In this document: positions 28,182 through 36,666 of the stretch, in pieces
Layout of the letters: the number at the start of each line of letters is the position of its first letter
How positions within the stretch are numbered: the stretch's first letter is position 1
Assembly (NCBI GenBank): GCA_964655075.1
Contig: CAZZLD010000001.1
Coordinates: forward strand, 239,682-303,681
Source of the DNA: an uncultured Candidatus Bathyarchaeia archaeon
Lineage (GTDB): Archaea > Thermoproteota > Bathyarchaeia > Bathyarchaeales > Bathyarchaeaceae
Length of the DNA stretch: 64,000 nucleotides
Reading direction: 5' to 3'
Program-made: the position numbers and the translations under genes
The notes under the pieces: model-generated
Seen by the model: only the letters and a program-made list of their open reading frames with translations
Told to the model about the DNA's origin: nothing
The model's database searches: none

Positions 28182-29678
28182 CTAAGTGAACACTGAGCAA
28201 GACCTGACTATTCCTGTTTTTGACAGATAATACTTCAGTTTACCAACTGCATCTTGATATTCGATAACAAATCCGTTTTCAATCAGCTTCTTCAGTAGAG
28301 CTAAAATCCTTTTTCTGGAAGCGCCACACAGTTTCGCTATCTCCCTGAGGGTCTTAGATGAATCCTCTGACATGATCCCCAACGCATACAGGACCAAGAG
28401 TAAACCGTGTTCCGTTGAAAGTTGGTTACGCAAGAACATGTTAGATTTTAATCTGGGAACAGCGGAGATCACGAGAGGCTCCTGCGGTTCTTGGGGCAAG
28501 ACCTTCGCGTAAGTTTCAGCGGTTTTCTCCGCGAGGAAATCCCAGTCGTTACGGCTTATGATCACTTCGTGAGCGTTTCTAGCCAGTTTGCTCGCATATT
28601 TAGGATTCATTAGAATTTTTAGGATTCCCCAAGACAGCGAATCCGAGTTATCAGGATAAACCGTCACTCCAGTTTCGTCGTGCTTCACGATTTCTGCTAG
28701 TCCGCCTACGTCGGAAACCACCACTGGGAGCCTAGCAGCCATGGCTTCTAATGCGACGATGCCGAAGGGCTCATAGAGGGAAGGGAAGACCGCCACGTCG
28801 CTTATTTTGTACAGTAACCGCAACGTTTCATCATCAACGAACCCCGCGAATAGAACTTTGTCTGAGACGCCGAGTTCGTAGGCTTCCCTCTGCAGAGACT
28901 CTTTCATGCCTCCCTCGCCTACGATTATGAGCTTTACATTTGGCATTTTGCTCAGAACGTTGGGCATGGCGCCGATGAGAACGTGGACGCCTTTCTCGTG
29001 AACCAGCCGCCCTACGTATAGGATGAGCTTTTCGCCGTTTGGAGCATACTTCTTCTTAGCGCTTTTAACGTTAGTTTTAATGCTGAACTTCAGGGCGTCA
29101 ACCCCATTGTGGATGATGTCCAACTTTGACATTGGAACACCGAAAGTCTGGGAAACCTGCTCAGCCATAAATCGGCTGCAGCAAATCAGCCTATCGCTTT
29201 GATGGACAAGTTGGGACTCCACGTTGTGAATGGTTCTCTGATAGCCGTTGTGAATGCCGTTTCTTCTGCCGACTTCTGTTGAATGAATAGTTGAAACTAG
29301 AGGTTTCCCATACCCGTTCTTCAGTTCCAGAGCGGCGCGGGCGACCAGCCAATCATGGGCATGAAACAAATCGAACGGCTCTTCTTCGAGTGCAATCACG
29401 CCAGTCGCGCGTTTAGCCATGTCGATGTTCATAGAGAAAACCCAGGACAGAAAGTCAAACGCCTGAATTTGATAGGAGTCAAATCTGTGAACGTGAACTC
29501 CCTCGACAACCTCGTACGGTAACGCGTCAGGAAAGCCGCAGGTTACAACGTGAACATCCATGCCCCCTCGAACAAGCGCGCATGAAAGGTCGTACACGTG
29601 GGGCGATATGCCGCCTATGATTCTCGGCGGGAACTCCCACGTAAGCATAAGGACTTTCAACGCGCCCATCGACATCAC
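28182..29678 (-). CDS. GT4-type alpha-glucan/glycogen synthase-like glycosyltransferase with a C-terminal winged-helix domain
   Basis: LTWEFPPRIIGGISPHVYDL...HAHDW...EPFGIVALEAMAARLPVVVSDVGGLAEIV (GT-B, E-x7-E region). It carries an extra ~95 aa ending ...TLREIAKLCGASRKRILALLKKLIENGFVIEYQDAVGKLKYYLSKTGIVRSCSVFT. Confidence 0.8.
   Translation of the reverse strand: MMSMGALKVLMLTWEFPPRIIGGISPHVYDLSCALVRGGMDVHVVTCGFPDALPYEVVEGVHVHRFDSYQIQAFDFLSWVFSMNIDMAKRATGVIALEEEPFDLFHAHDWLVARAALELKNGYGKPLVSTIHSTEVGRRNGIHNGYQRTIHNVESQLVHQSDRLICCSRFMAEQVSQTFGVPMSKLDIIHNGVDALKFSIKTNVKSAKKKYAPNGEKLILYVGRLVHEKGVHVLIGAMPNVLSKMPNVKLIIVGEGGMKESLQREAYELGVSDKVLFAGFVDDETLRLLYKISDVAVFPSLYEPFGIVALEAMAARLPVVVSDVGGLAEIVKHDETGVTVYPDNSDSLSWGILKILMNPKYASKLARNAHEVIISRNDWDFLAEKTAETYAKVLPQEPQEPLVISAVPRLKSNMFLRNQLSTEHGLLLVLYALGIMSEDSSKTLREIAKLCGASRKRILALLKKLIENGFVIEYQDAVGKLKYYLSKTGIVRSCSVFT
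28687..28776. repeat. 90-nt tract identical (inverted) to 32920-33009
   Basis: By direct comparison, the reverse complement of 28687-28776 equals 32920-33009 at every base. It encodes YEPFGIVALEAMAARLPVVVSDVGGLAEIV in both GT4 paralogs. Confidence 0.9.
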
Positions 29679-29680
29679 AC

Positions 29681-30007
29681 GTGAACCCCAAACTTATTTA
29701 CAGACTTTTTAAATATTGGTCTTATGGTATTAATAAGCAAAGGGAAACGAAGTTGACAGAAGAGAACATTCCTCCCGCAGAAAAGATATTGCTTATAATG
29801 CATAATTTATGTGTTATCCGCCCCGAAGCCGCTAAAACCACTAATGAAATAGCCCAGGTCCTACAGAAGGCTGTGGATTTCGTCTTAAACGCCCTGAATA
29901 AGCATGAAGCGGACGGATACGTGAAAAGCTACACTGACGAAAGCGGTTCCAAGCGCTTTTACTTAACAGGACAGGGAATAATTAAAGTCTGTTCAATCTT
30001 CACTTAG
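29681..30007 (+). CDS. Stand-alone winged-helix protein, paralog of the GT4 C-terminal domain (start uncertain)
   Basis: ...TTNEIAQVLQKAVDFVLNALNKHEADGYVKSYTDESGSKRFYLTGQGIIKVCSIFT aligns without gaps to the last 73 aa of the 28182..29678 product. The GTG at 29681 abuts the divergent gene start, so a downstream start (e.g. a TTG near 29753 or an internal Met) is more plausible. Confidence 0.5.
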   Translation: MNPKLIYRLFKYWSYGINKQRETKLTEENIPPAEKILLIMHNLCVIRPEAAKTTNEIAQVLQKAVDFVLNALNKHEADGYVKSYTDESGSKRFYLTGQGIIKVCSIFT

Positions 30008-30018
30008 TACAGTTAAAA

Positions 30019-31299
30019 TTAGTTAAACAACCGCTCGATTTCCTTTGCTTTCTGTATTGCCTTTTCACAGCAGAAACTGCATTTACTCAGCCACTCTTCA
30101 ATGCCCCAATAGAAATAGTCGCTCGACTCAGCGGTCAGCAGCCACTTCCAAGCTTCTCTAAGGCTTTGTTTAACCTTCGGAGAATCAAGATTACTTCGAT
30201 TAATCCTATCCCCGAGGTTTCTGAGGTACTCGTTTGTCCGCGCGATTTGTTCCCAACGTTGTTTCCTCGGCGCATCGCCAATCCACTTTAAGAACCGCCC
30301 ATCGTCTGACATCCCCTGAACGTTCCAGCTTCCGCTTTCAACATTCACAGTGTCTTCAGGCGGGTGGGCTTTCAGGTAGTCTTGAACCGTAGTTAGTTTG
30401 ACGAATCCAAAGCGTGGATCAGAGGCGATCTTCTCCAGAAGCGGCATGAAGAACCAGCCCCAAAAGCCCGCTTTGTCCCCAGAGTGGCGGAACCAGCCGT
30501 TCTCGCCGTCAGTGGCAACAACCAACAGCAAGTCCTCACCACCGGTTTTCAGCATGCCCTTTAGCTTTGACTGAACTTCGTTCATCAGCCATTGAGGGTC
30601 GTAGCCGCTCTGCTGAGCTATGCTTATGCCCCTGTCACGTACAACCACGGTTATTCGACGTCCATCCCGCTCAACGAAATGTGGATAATACAGAAGTTTG
30701 CGCCAGTCCTTGTCTTTATTCGCATTCGTCACGTGTGGCTCATCCACGATAGTCCACTGGAATCCCATGTCAGCGAGTAAAGGAACCAAATCTGAGCTGA
30801 ATGCCACTTCCGGAGGCCAGAAACCCGCAGGTTTACCTCCGAACGTCTCCTCGTAGATTTTCAAGTGCATCTCGATCTGTTTCTTGCGGTCTGTTTCAGG
30901 GATCAGCGGCAAAATTGGGTGGAAGTAGCCGCAACCAGTGAACTCAACCTTCCCAGCGTCTTTAACTCTGAGGTATTTGCTCCAAATTCCCTCAAGCCTG
31001 GGGTCAAAGTCTGCAGCCTCAAGATCGTTTATCTGCTCGATTAAAGTGCCTGTGAAGTTTATGGTGACTCTAGCTCCGTCGTATTTCGCAATAGCCTCAG
31101 GGGGAAACGTGTAGGGGTGCATGGTCTGAACGAACACTTCTCTGGCGATTTCTGAATCTAGGATTTTGCCTGTGAAACTGTAGATTGGCTGGTGCATGTG
31201 CAAGATTATGGCGATGTTCAGGGTTGATTTAACCAAAAGTTTCGCCTCCAAATTGCCTGTTACAAGTTTATGGATCACTTCTACAGTGTGAATGATCAT
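30019..31299 (-). CDS. Glycoside hydrolase family 57 enzyme
   Basis: LHMHQPIY, FTGCGYFHPILPLI, ATDGENGWF. The GH57 catalytic-region patterns are present. Confidence 0.8.
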   Translation of the reverse strand: MIIHTVEVIHKLVTGNLEAKLLVKSTLNIAIILHMHQPIYSFTGKILDSEIAREVFVQTMHPYTFPPEAIAKYDGARVTINFTGTLIEQINDLEAADFDPRLEGIWSKYLRVKDAGKVEFTGCGYFHPILPLIPETDRKKQIEMHLKIYEETFGGKPAGFWPPEVAFSSDLVPLLADMGFQWTIVDEPHVTNANKDKDWRKLLYYPHFVERDGRRITVVVRDRGISIAQQSGYDPQWLMNEVQSKLKGMLKTGGEDLLLVVATDGENGWFRHSGDKAGFWGWFFMPLLEKIASDPRFGFVKLTTVQDYLKAHPPEDTVNVESGSWNVQGMSDDGRFLKWIGDAPRKQRWEQIARTNEYLRNLGDRINRSNLDSPKVKQSLREAWKWLLTAESSDYFYWGIEEWLSKCSFCCEKAIQKAKEIERLFN

Positions 31300-31386
31300 C
31301 GGTCTTCATCAAAAATCCTTTATAAAACTATCCTTAAAGAACGAAAAAGCCCAAAGGAATAAATAAGCTTATTTCTGATCAAAACG

Positions 31387-32031
31387 TTGGAGAGTGCCAC
31401 TACGCGGCTCATAATGCTTACATGGGAGTATCCGCCTAAACGTTTAGGAAACATTTCTGATCATGTCCAAGCCCTCTCCCATGAACTGGTTAAGCGAGGA
31501 CACGAAGTTGAGGTTTTGACGGAGGACGACACTAAAACCGGTGTTGAAGACATCTCCGGAGTTCACGTTCACCGGGTGGCTAATCAGGTGAAAACGCATC
31601 CGAAGGCAAGCATCCTCACCTTCGCGACGACAGCGTCCGTGTCCATAGAGCGGGAAGCAGCAGACATTATTTACTATTACAGACACGTAGGAAAGAAAAT
31701 CGATTTCATCCACGCCCACGAGTGGCTCACGGTTCCAGTGGCCATTTCGCTTAAACACGCATTCAAGCTACCCTTTGTCTTAACTCTGCATTCCGTTGAA
31801 GGACATCGGTGCCACGACGCCTTTGGACCAATAAGTATAGCAATAAGCGAAGTTGAGAGGATGGGAATCAACGAGGCTGCTAGGGTTATAGCCAACACGG
31901 AATGGATGAAAAACGAGATTCTCCGATATTATGGCGGAGAACACGGAAACAAAGTTGATGTGGCTTGGCCTATTGGAGGAGACTGGGTTCAAGGGATCAT
32001 CAAGGTGTACAAAAAAGTTCTGAGTGCGTGA
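31387..32031 (+). CDS. GT4 N-terminal-lobe-only paralog (no C-terminal nucleotide-sugar-binding lobe)
   Basis: LTWEYPPKRLGNISDHVQALSHELVKRGHEVEVL...IHAHEWL...LTLHS parallels the N-lobes of the neighbouring GT4s. The ORF stops after 214 aa. TTG start. Confidence 0.55.
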   Translation: MESATTRLIMLTWEYPPKRLGNISDHVQALSHELVKRGHEVEVLTEDDTKTGVEDISGVHVHRVANQVKTHPKASILTFATTASVSIEREAADIIYYYRHVGKKIDFIHAHEWLTVPVAISLKHAFKLPFVLTLHSVEGHRCHDAFGPISIAISEVERMGINEAARVIANTEWMKNEILRYYGGEHGNKVDVAWPIGGDWVQGIIKVYKKVLSA

Positions 32032-32041
32032 GGCTCAAATC

Positions 32042-33235
32042 ATGCGTGTGCTTCAGCTAACATGGGAGTTCCCGCCGAGAATCATAGGCGGCATATCCCC
32101 CCACGTGTACGATTTATCTCGAGCACTGGTGAGGAAAAAGGCGGAAGTTAACGTAATAACCTGTAACTTCCCCGGCGCTAGAGAATACGAGAACATAGAC
32201 GGTGTGCATGTCCACAGGTTTGAGACTTACGCAGCTGGAGACTCGTTTTTAGGATGGATTCTGCGCATGCAGAAGAACATGGAGAACAAAGCCAGTGACG
32301 TGGTTAACTCTGATGGAGGCGTAGACGTTATTCACGCCCATGACTGGGTTGCAGGCGTGGCAGGCATCGCGTTGAAGCATTTGCTGAGGAAACCCCTGAT
32401 AGCAACCATACACAGCACTGAATACGGGAGAAGAGCAGGATTACATGATGATTTCCAGAGGTGCATCCATGAAATCGAAGGCTGGTTATGCACGGAATCA
32501 TGGCGGGTGATCACATGTTCACACTACATGGAAGAGCATGTGTCATGGTGCTTCGGTGTGCCTAGAGATAAAATCGATGTCGCACCCAACGGTGTAGATG
32601 TAACGAAATGGCAGTTTCCCTTCGACTACTGGGAGACCCGCAACCGCTTTGCTTCAGGAAACGAAAAAATCATTCTTTTCGTGGGAAGAATGGTCATCGA
32701 GAAGGGCTTAGACCTCATCATCAGAGCCCTACCTACAGTGCTTAACCACGGTATAAACGCAAAAATTGTGGCAGTAGGAGAAGGCCCAGAGAAAGGAAAT
32801 TATCAAAGGCTAGCTTGGAACATCGGAGTGGGCCCAAAAGTTCACTTTACGGGACACATCGACAACGGAACCCTGCGAAGACTCTACCGCGTTGCGGATG
32901 TAGCTATTTTTCCGAGCCGCTATGAGCCCTTCGGCATCGTCGCATTAGAAGCCATGGCTGCTAGGCTCCCAGTGGTGGTTTCCGACGTAGGCGGACTAGC
33001 AGAAATCGTAGATCACGGCGGAACGGGATTGAAGGTTCCTTCGAATAATCCTGGCGCGATTGCGTATGCTGTTGAGCGGATTATCAGAGATGAAGCATTT
33101 AGGAAATGGATTGTTGAGAACGCGTACAAGAAGTGCCTCTGGAACTACAATTGGGATCGAATTGCGGAGCAGACCCTTGGCGTGTACAGCAAAGTTTTTT
33201 GCGAATGGGACGCGGGGGACTGGAAGCCAAAATAA
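32042..33235 (+). CDS. GT4-type alpha-glucan/glycogen synthase-like glycosyltransferase
   Basis: MRVLQLTWEFPPRIIGGISPHVYDLSRALVR...EPFGIVALEAMAARLPVVVSDVGGLAEIV. The ATG at 32042 is preferred to the GTG at 32024. Confidence 0.85.
   Translation: MRVLQLTWEFPPRIIGGISPHVYDLSRALVRKKAEVNVITCNFPGAREYENIDGVHVHRFETYAAGDSFLGWILRMQKNMENKASDVVNSDGGVDVIHAHDWVAGVAGIALKHLLRKPLIATIHSTEYGRRAGLHDDFQRCIHEIEGWLCTESWRVITCSHYMEEHVSWCFGVPRDKIDVAPNGVDVTKWQFPFDYWETRNRFASGNEKIILFVGRMVIEKGLDLIIRALPTVLNHGINAKIVAVGEGPEKGNYQRLAWNIGVGPKVHFTGHIDNGTLRRLYRVADVAIFPSRYEPFGIVALEAMAARLPVVVSDVGGLAEIVDHGGTGLKVPSNNPGAIAYAVERIIRDEAFRKWIVENAYKKCLWNYNWDRIAEQTLGVYSKVFCEWDAGDWKPK
32920..33009. repeat. 90-nt tract identical (inverted) to 28687-28776
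   Basis: See the partner entry. A second tract, 32063-32112, matches the reverse complement of 29590-29639 with one mismatch. Confidence 0.9.
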
Positions 33236-33247
33236 GCCGACGCGAGA

Positions 33248-34300
33248 TCAAAGACTTTTTTCTTCTGCTCGGAAGGTTTCCTTCAAACTTTCAGCAGCGT
33301 CCTCTGGAGACATGGTGTTTATGAACATGCCGTTGCTCTTCTCGAATCCCGCCCATATCGCTAATCTAGGGTAGACCTCGATGTGCCAATGATAATAGTC
33401 CCGCGCAGCGGCTTCGTCCTTCGGCGCTATGTGAAAACCGAAGTTATACGGCGGATCGTTCAACAGCGAACTTAACCCGCCGAGGGAAACTTTCAAACAT
33501 GCAGCCAAAGCGCGGGTTTCATTCTTGCTTATTTCCAGCAGAGTTGACTGGTGTTCTTTGGGGAAGACCCAGAATTCGAAGGGATGGACGCTCGCCCAAG
33601 GCGCGAAAACCCCGAAGCTTTCGTTTTCCCAAATAAATCGTGGACCAGCTTTTTCCTTTTCTAGGATATTACAGAAAACGCATTCTTTGTTTTTACTCCA
33701 GAATTCTTTGCTCGCCGTCAGTTCCTCGATAGGAATTCGTGGAACTCTCGGCGTCGCGATTATTTGGCTGTGGGCGTGAGAAAGGGATGCTCCTGCCTCC
33801 CGCTGATGGTTTCTGAAGATTGAAACATACTTTACGTAGGGTTTGGCGGAAAGTTCGCTGAGGCGGTCACGGTACGCGTTGATCACGTGGACGAGTTGGG
33901 AAACCCGCGCTACACTGGGATGCTCATCATGCCTAGGGGACTCCGCGAGGATTTCATGGTGCCCAAAAGCCAAGGTGGGTATATGCCGCGCTCCCGCTTC
34001 TGCTTCTTCCGCGTTTTTAGGGGGTGTAAATGCAGGATATAAGTTCGGAAAGCATCTTATCAGCCAGTTTTTGTGGCGATAACCGTTTTTATCCTTGTCC
34101 TTTCTTATTTCGCCGTTTGATGGAAGATAAACGAGGATGGCTGGCGGGGTCTCAATCTCGTGGTCTGGACAGAAGGGACAGGCCCCCGTTGCTTCTTCCT
34201 TGATTTTTTTCACAAAGTCGGTGGGACGACGCTTACGCTCTGTTGCAATGACTACCCAACGATTTAGCAAGTAGTCCTTTCGCAATTCGTTAGCGGGCAT
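33248..34300 (-). CDS. galT: Galactose-1-phosphate uridylyltransferase family (HIT-type hexose-1-P nucleotidyltransferase)
   Basis: Zinc motif CPFCP and the active-site HIT variant SLSHAHSQIIA (H-x-H-x-Q). Confidence 0.85.
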   Translation of the reverse strand: MPANELRKDYLLNRWVVIATERKRRPTDFVKKIKEEATGACPFCPDHEIETPPAILVYLPSNGEIRKDKDKNGYRHKNWLIRCFPNLYPAFTPPKNAEEAEAGARHIPTLAFGHHEILAESPRHDEHPSVARVSQLVHVINAYRDRLSELSAKPYVKYVSIFRNHQREAGASLSHAHSQIIATPRVPRIPIEELTASKEFWSKNKECVFCNILEKEKAGPRFIWENESFGVFAPWASVHPFEFWVFPKEHQSTLLEISKNETRALAACLKVSLGGLSSLLNDPPYNFGFHIAPKDEAAARDYYHWHIEVYPRLAIWAGFEKSNGMFINTMSPEDAAESLKETFRAEEKSL

Positions 34301-34338
34301 AAGTATCTCTTCCGAGAGGAAACTGTTATGCTCATTAT

Positions 34339-35598
34339 TTAGGATTTTCTGGTCGCCAACAGCTCCTCGTAGATTTCAGCGGTCTTTCTAGCGATTACGT
34401 CCCAAGTGAATTCTTTGAGGACCCTCTTCCGCGCGTTTTGACCAAGCTGTAGCGTTCTTTCATGATTCTGCAGTGCGTTAATGATTCCCCAAGCAATGTC
34501 CTCTTCTTTATCTGGGTTAACGTGGAAGCCACATTGGTCTTCACCTTGTGCAACGACGGATTCACGCATGCCGCTGACGCCTGAGGCTCCTACAACCACG
34601 GGTTTCTCCATGCTCATAGCCTCTAACGCAACGATGCCGAAGGGTTCGTAGCGGCTCGGAAAAACAGCCACGTCGCATGCCGCGTAATGGGCGATTCTGT
34701 CCTCTTCTGGGATGAATTCGAAACAGAACTTTACTTTGTCTTGTAGATTTAAGTCCTGAACGAGTTTTTGTAGGGCGTGTTGCATATCACCGAGACCCAC
34801 GACAACGAGTTTGGCGTTTGGGATTTTCTTTAGAACTTGGGGCATAGCTAAGATTAGTTTATCCACGCCCTTAATCCAGACAAGTCTCCCTACGAAGAGA
34901 ATCATTAAATCGTCGTCTTTAATCCCGTATCTTCGCCTCAACTCGCCGATCTTTTTGGCGCTCACCTGGTTCATGGAGTATTTCTGGGGATCAACGCCGT
35001 TATAAGAAACCCGAATTTTTTCAGCTGGGAAGCCCAACCCAACTAATTCGTCTTTCATCGCGTAAGAAACAGTGACAACACGATCTGCCATCTGTCCACC
35101 TCGAAGTTCGAGGTTATTTACCACTTCGGAGCCGTTGCCTAAGGTTCGCCCTTTTTCCGTGGAGTGAACGTGAAAAACTAGGGGCATGCCTAGTTCCCTT
35201 TTGACGGCGATGCCTCCCATTGTTGAGAGCCAGTCGTGAGCGAGGACCACGTCGTATTCAAATCCTTCTTTCCGAATCAGTTCGTTAACCAGCTTTGAGG
35301 CGCTAAGATAATTGTACACGAGAAGTTTAGAGAATAAGTGAATTCCTCTACCCCACTTTTTAATATCCTCCGCGATAACGTCAGGCAGGGAATCTGAGAC
35401 ATCGATATGAAGCGGTCGGTGAATTTCAATGCCTCGCCAGAGTTCCCGTGTAGGAAGTTTACCTGCGTCGTCGTTCATGGTGAACACAGACACGTCGTGA
35501 CCTAGTAGAACAAACTTTCGCGTAATTTCAGCAGCATAAGTTCCTAATCCGCCTACGATTTTGGGAGGATACTCGTAAACCAACACCGCCATCTTCAT
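34339..35598 (-). CDS. GT4/GT5-type glycogen synthase-like glycosyltransferase
   Basis: YEYPPKIVGGLGTYAAEI...AHDWL...EPFGIVALEAMSMEKPVVV. Confidence 0.8.
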   Translation of the reverse strand: MKMAVLVYEYPPKIVGGLGTYAAEITRKFVLLGHDVSVFTMNDDAGKLPTRELWRGIEIHRPLHIDVSDSLPDVIAEDIKKWGRGIHLFSKLLVYNYLSASKLVNELIRKEGFEYDVVLAHDWLSTMGGIAVKRELGMPLVFHVHSTEKGRTLGNGSEVVNNLELRGGQMADRVVTVSYAMKDELVGLGFPAEKIRVSYNGVDPQKYSMNQVSAKKIGELRRRYGIKDDDLMILFVGRLVWIKGVDKLILAMPQVLKKIPNAKLVVVGLGDMQHALQKLVQDLNLQDKVKFCFEFIPEEDRIAHYAACDVAVFPSRYEPFGIVALEAMSMEKPVVVGASGVSGMRESVVAQGEDQCGFHVNPDKEEDIAWGIINALQNHERTLQLGQNARKRVLKEFTWDVIARKTAEIYEELLATRKS

Positions 35599-35830
35599 TC
35601 ATCTTCACTCCGAAGAACTTTCCACTTGAAACCCCTTTTAGTCGTTTGGCTCTATTTAGAGGGTATCCCATATAAATTTATTGAAAGACCTCTTCTTCAG
35701 CGGTCTTAACTCTGATGTGATCGAGTGGAGAATAACCTAGCAACCCAAGTTTTTCGGCAGCTTTCCTCACTTTGGATATGCGCACTAAGTTTATATGATC
35801 AGCTTCAGAGTATAATGTTCCCAATAGGTG

Positions 35831-36649
35831 ATGATAGATTTGTCTTTTAGACCCGGAAAGGTCCTTCGTCTAAGCGAGTTTATTAATCCGGAGGATGGAA
35901 AATCGGTCATTTTGGAGGCAGATCAAGGATTAATGCTGGGACCGGTAACTGGCCTTGTGGAATTAGATGAAACAGTTAAAAACTCGAAGAGTGAAGTTGA
36001 CGCTATTGTTTTAAGCCCAGGACAGGCTGGAAGGCTGATCCAGCATTTTCGGGGCAGAAAGGCTCCTGCACTGATAGTGAGAGCGGACTGGGCGAACGTG
36101 TTCCGAGACGAGACCTTTGTCTTGCCCGCCGAAAAAGTGAGGCACGTCACCGTTGTGTCAGCATCAGAAGCCCTTGCTTTTGGCGCCTCGGGCATAATGG
36201 CTTTTTTCATTGTTGGTTATGAAGACGATGAAGACGAGGCTCAGAACATGAATACGCTCGCGTCGCTGGCCAGAGAAAGCGATCGTTTAGGTGTGCCGTT
36301 GCTGGTGGAAGCCCTACCTTTTGGTGCGAGAGTGACTAAAACAAATTATACTGATTGTGTCGATTTAGCGATGAGAATGTCCATTGAGGCTGGAGCGGAC
36401 GCCGTAGCTGTTCCCTACACGGGAGACATCGGCTCTTTTCGGAAAATTGTGGATGCGGCGAAGGTGCCAGTGTTCACTCTTGATGTGGGAAATACGACTA
36501 AAGGTCCCGTTGAGATCGCCACAGAAGCCCTAAAGGCAGGGGCTTCAGGAATAGTAACTGGGACAAAAATTTTCCAAACAGCTGAGCCGTTCAAGATTTT
36601 AAAAACCATAAATGGCATAGTTCACGAGAGGACGAAAAAAAGTTCATAG
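35831..36649 (+). CDS. DhnA/DeoC-family class I aldolase homolog lacking the Schiff-base lysine
   Basis: The family pattern is present (EADQGLMLG...VEALPFG...). At the position where its neighbour has GADAIKTSYTG and the FbaB homolog has GADIIKTKF, it reads GADAVAVPYTG, with an Ala codon at 36407-36409. Confidence 0.7.
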   Translation: MIDLSFRPGKVLRLSEFINPEDGKSVILEADQGLMLGPVTGLVELDETVKNSKSEVDAIVLSPGQAGRLIQHFRGRKAPALIVRADWANVFRDETFVLPAEKVRHVTVVSASEALAFGASGIMAFFIVGYEDDEDEAQNMNTLASLARESDRLGVPLLVEALPFGARVTKTNYTDCVDLAMRMSIEAGADAVAVPYTGDIGSFRKIVDAAKVPVFTLDVGNTTKGPVEIATEALKAGASGIVTGTKIFQTAEPFKILKTINGIVHERTKKSS

Positions 36650-36666
36650 CAAGGCGAAGGAAACTA

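Noticed and set aside
35678-35785. 35-codon minus-strand ORF (GTG start; MRISKVRKAAEKLGLLGYSPLDHIRVKTAEEEVFQ) in the gap between the glucan island and the aldolase genes
   Set aside because: It is very short, has a non-ATG start, and shows no recognisable motif or ribosome-binding context. It cannot be told apart from chance without conservation data.
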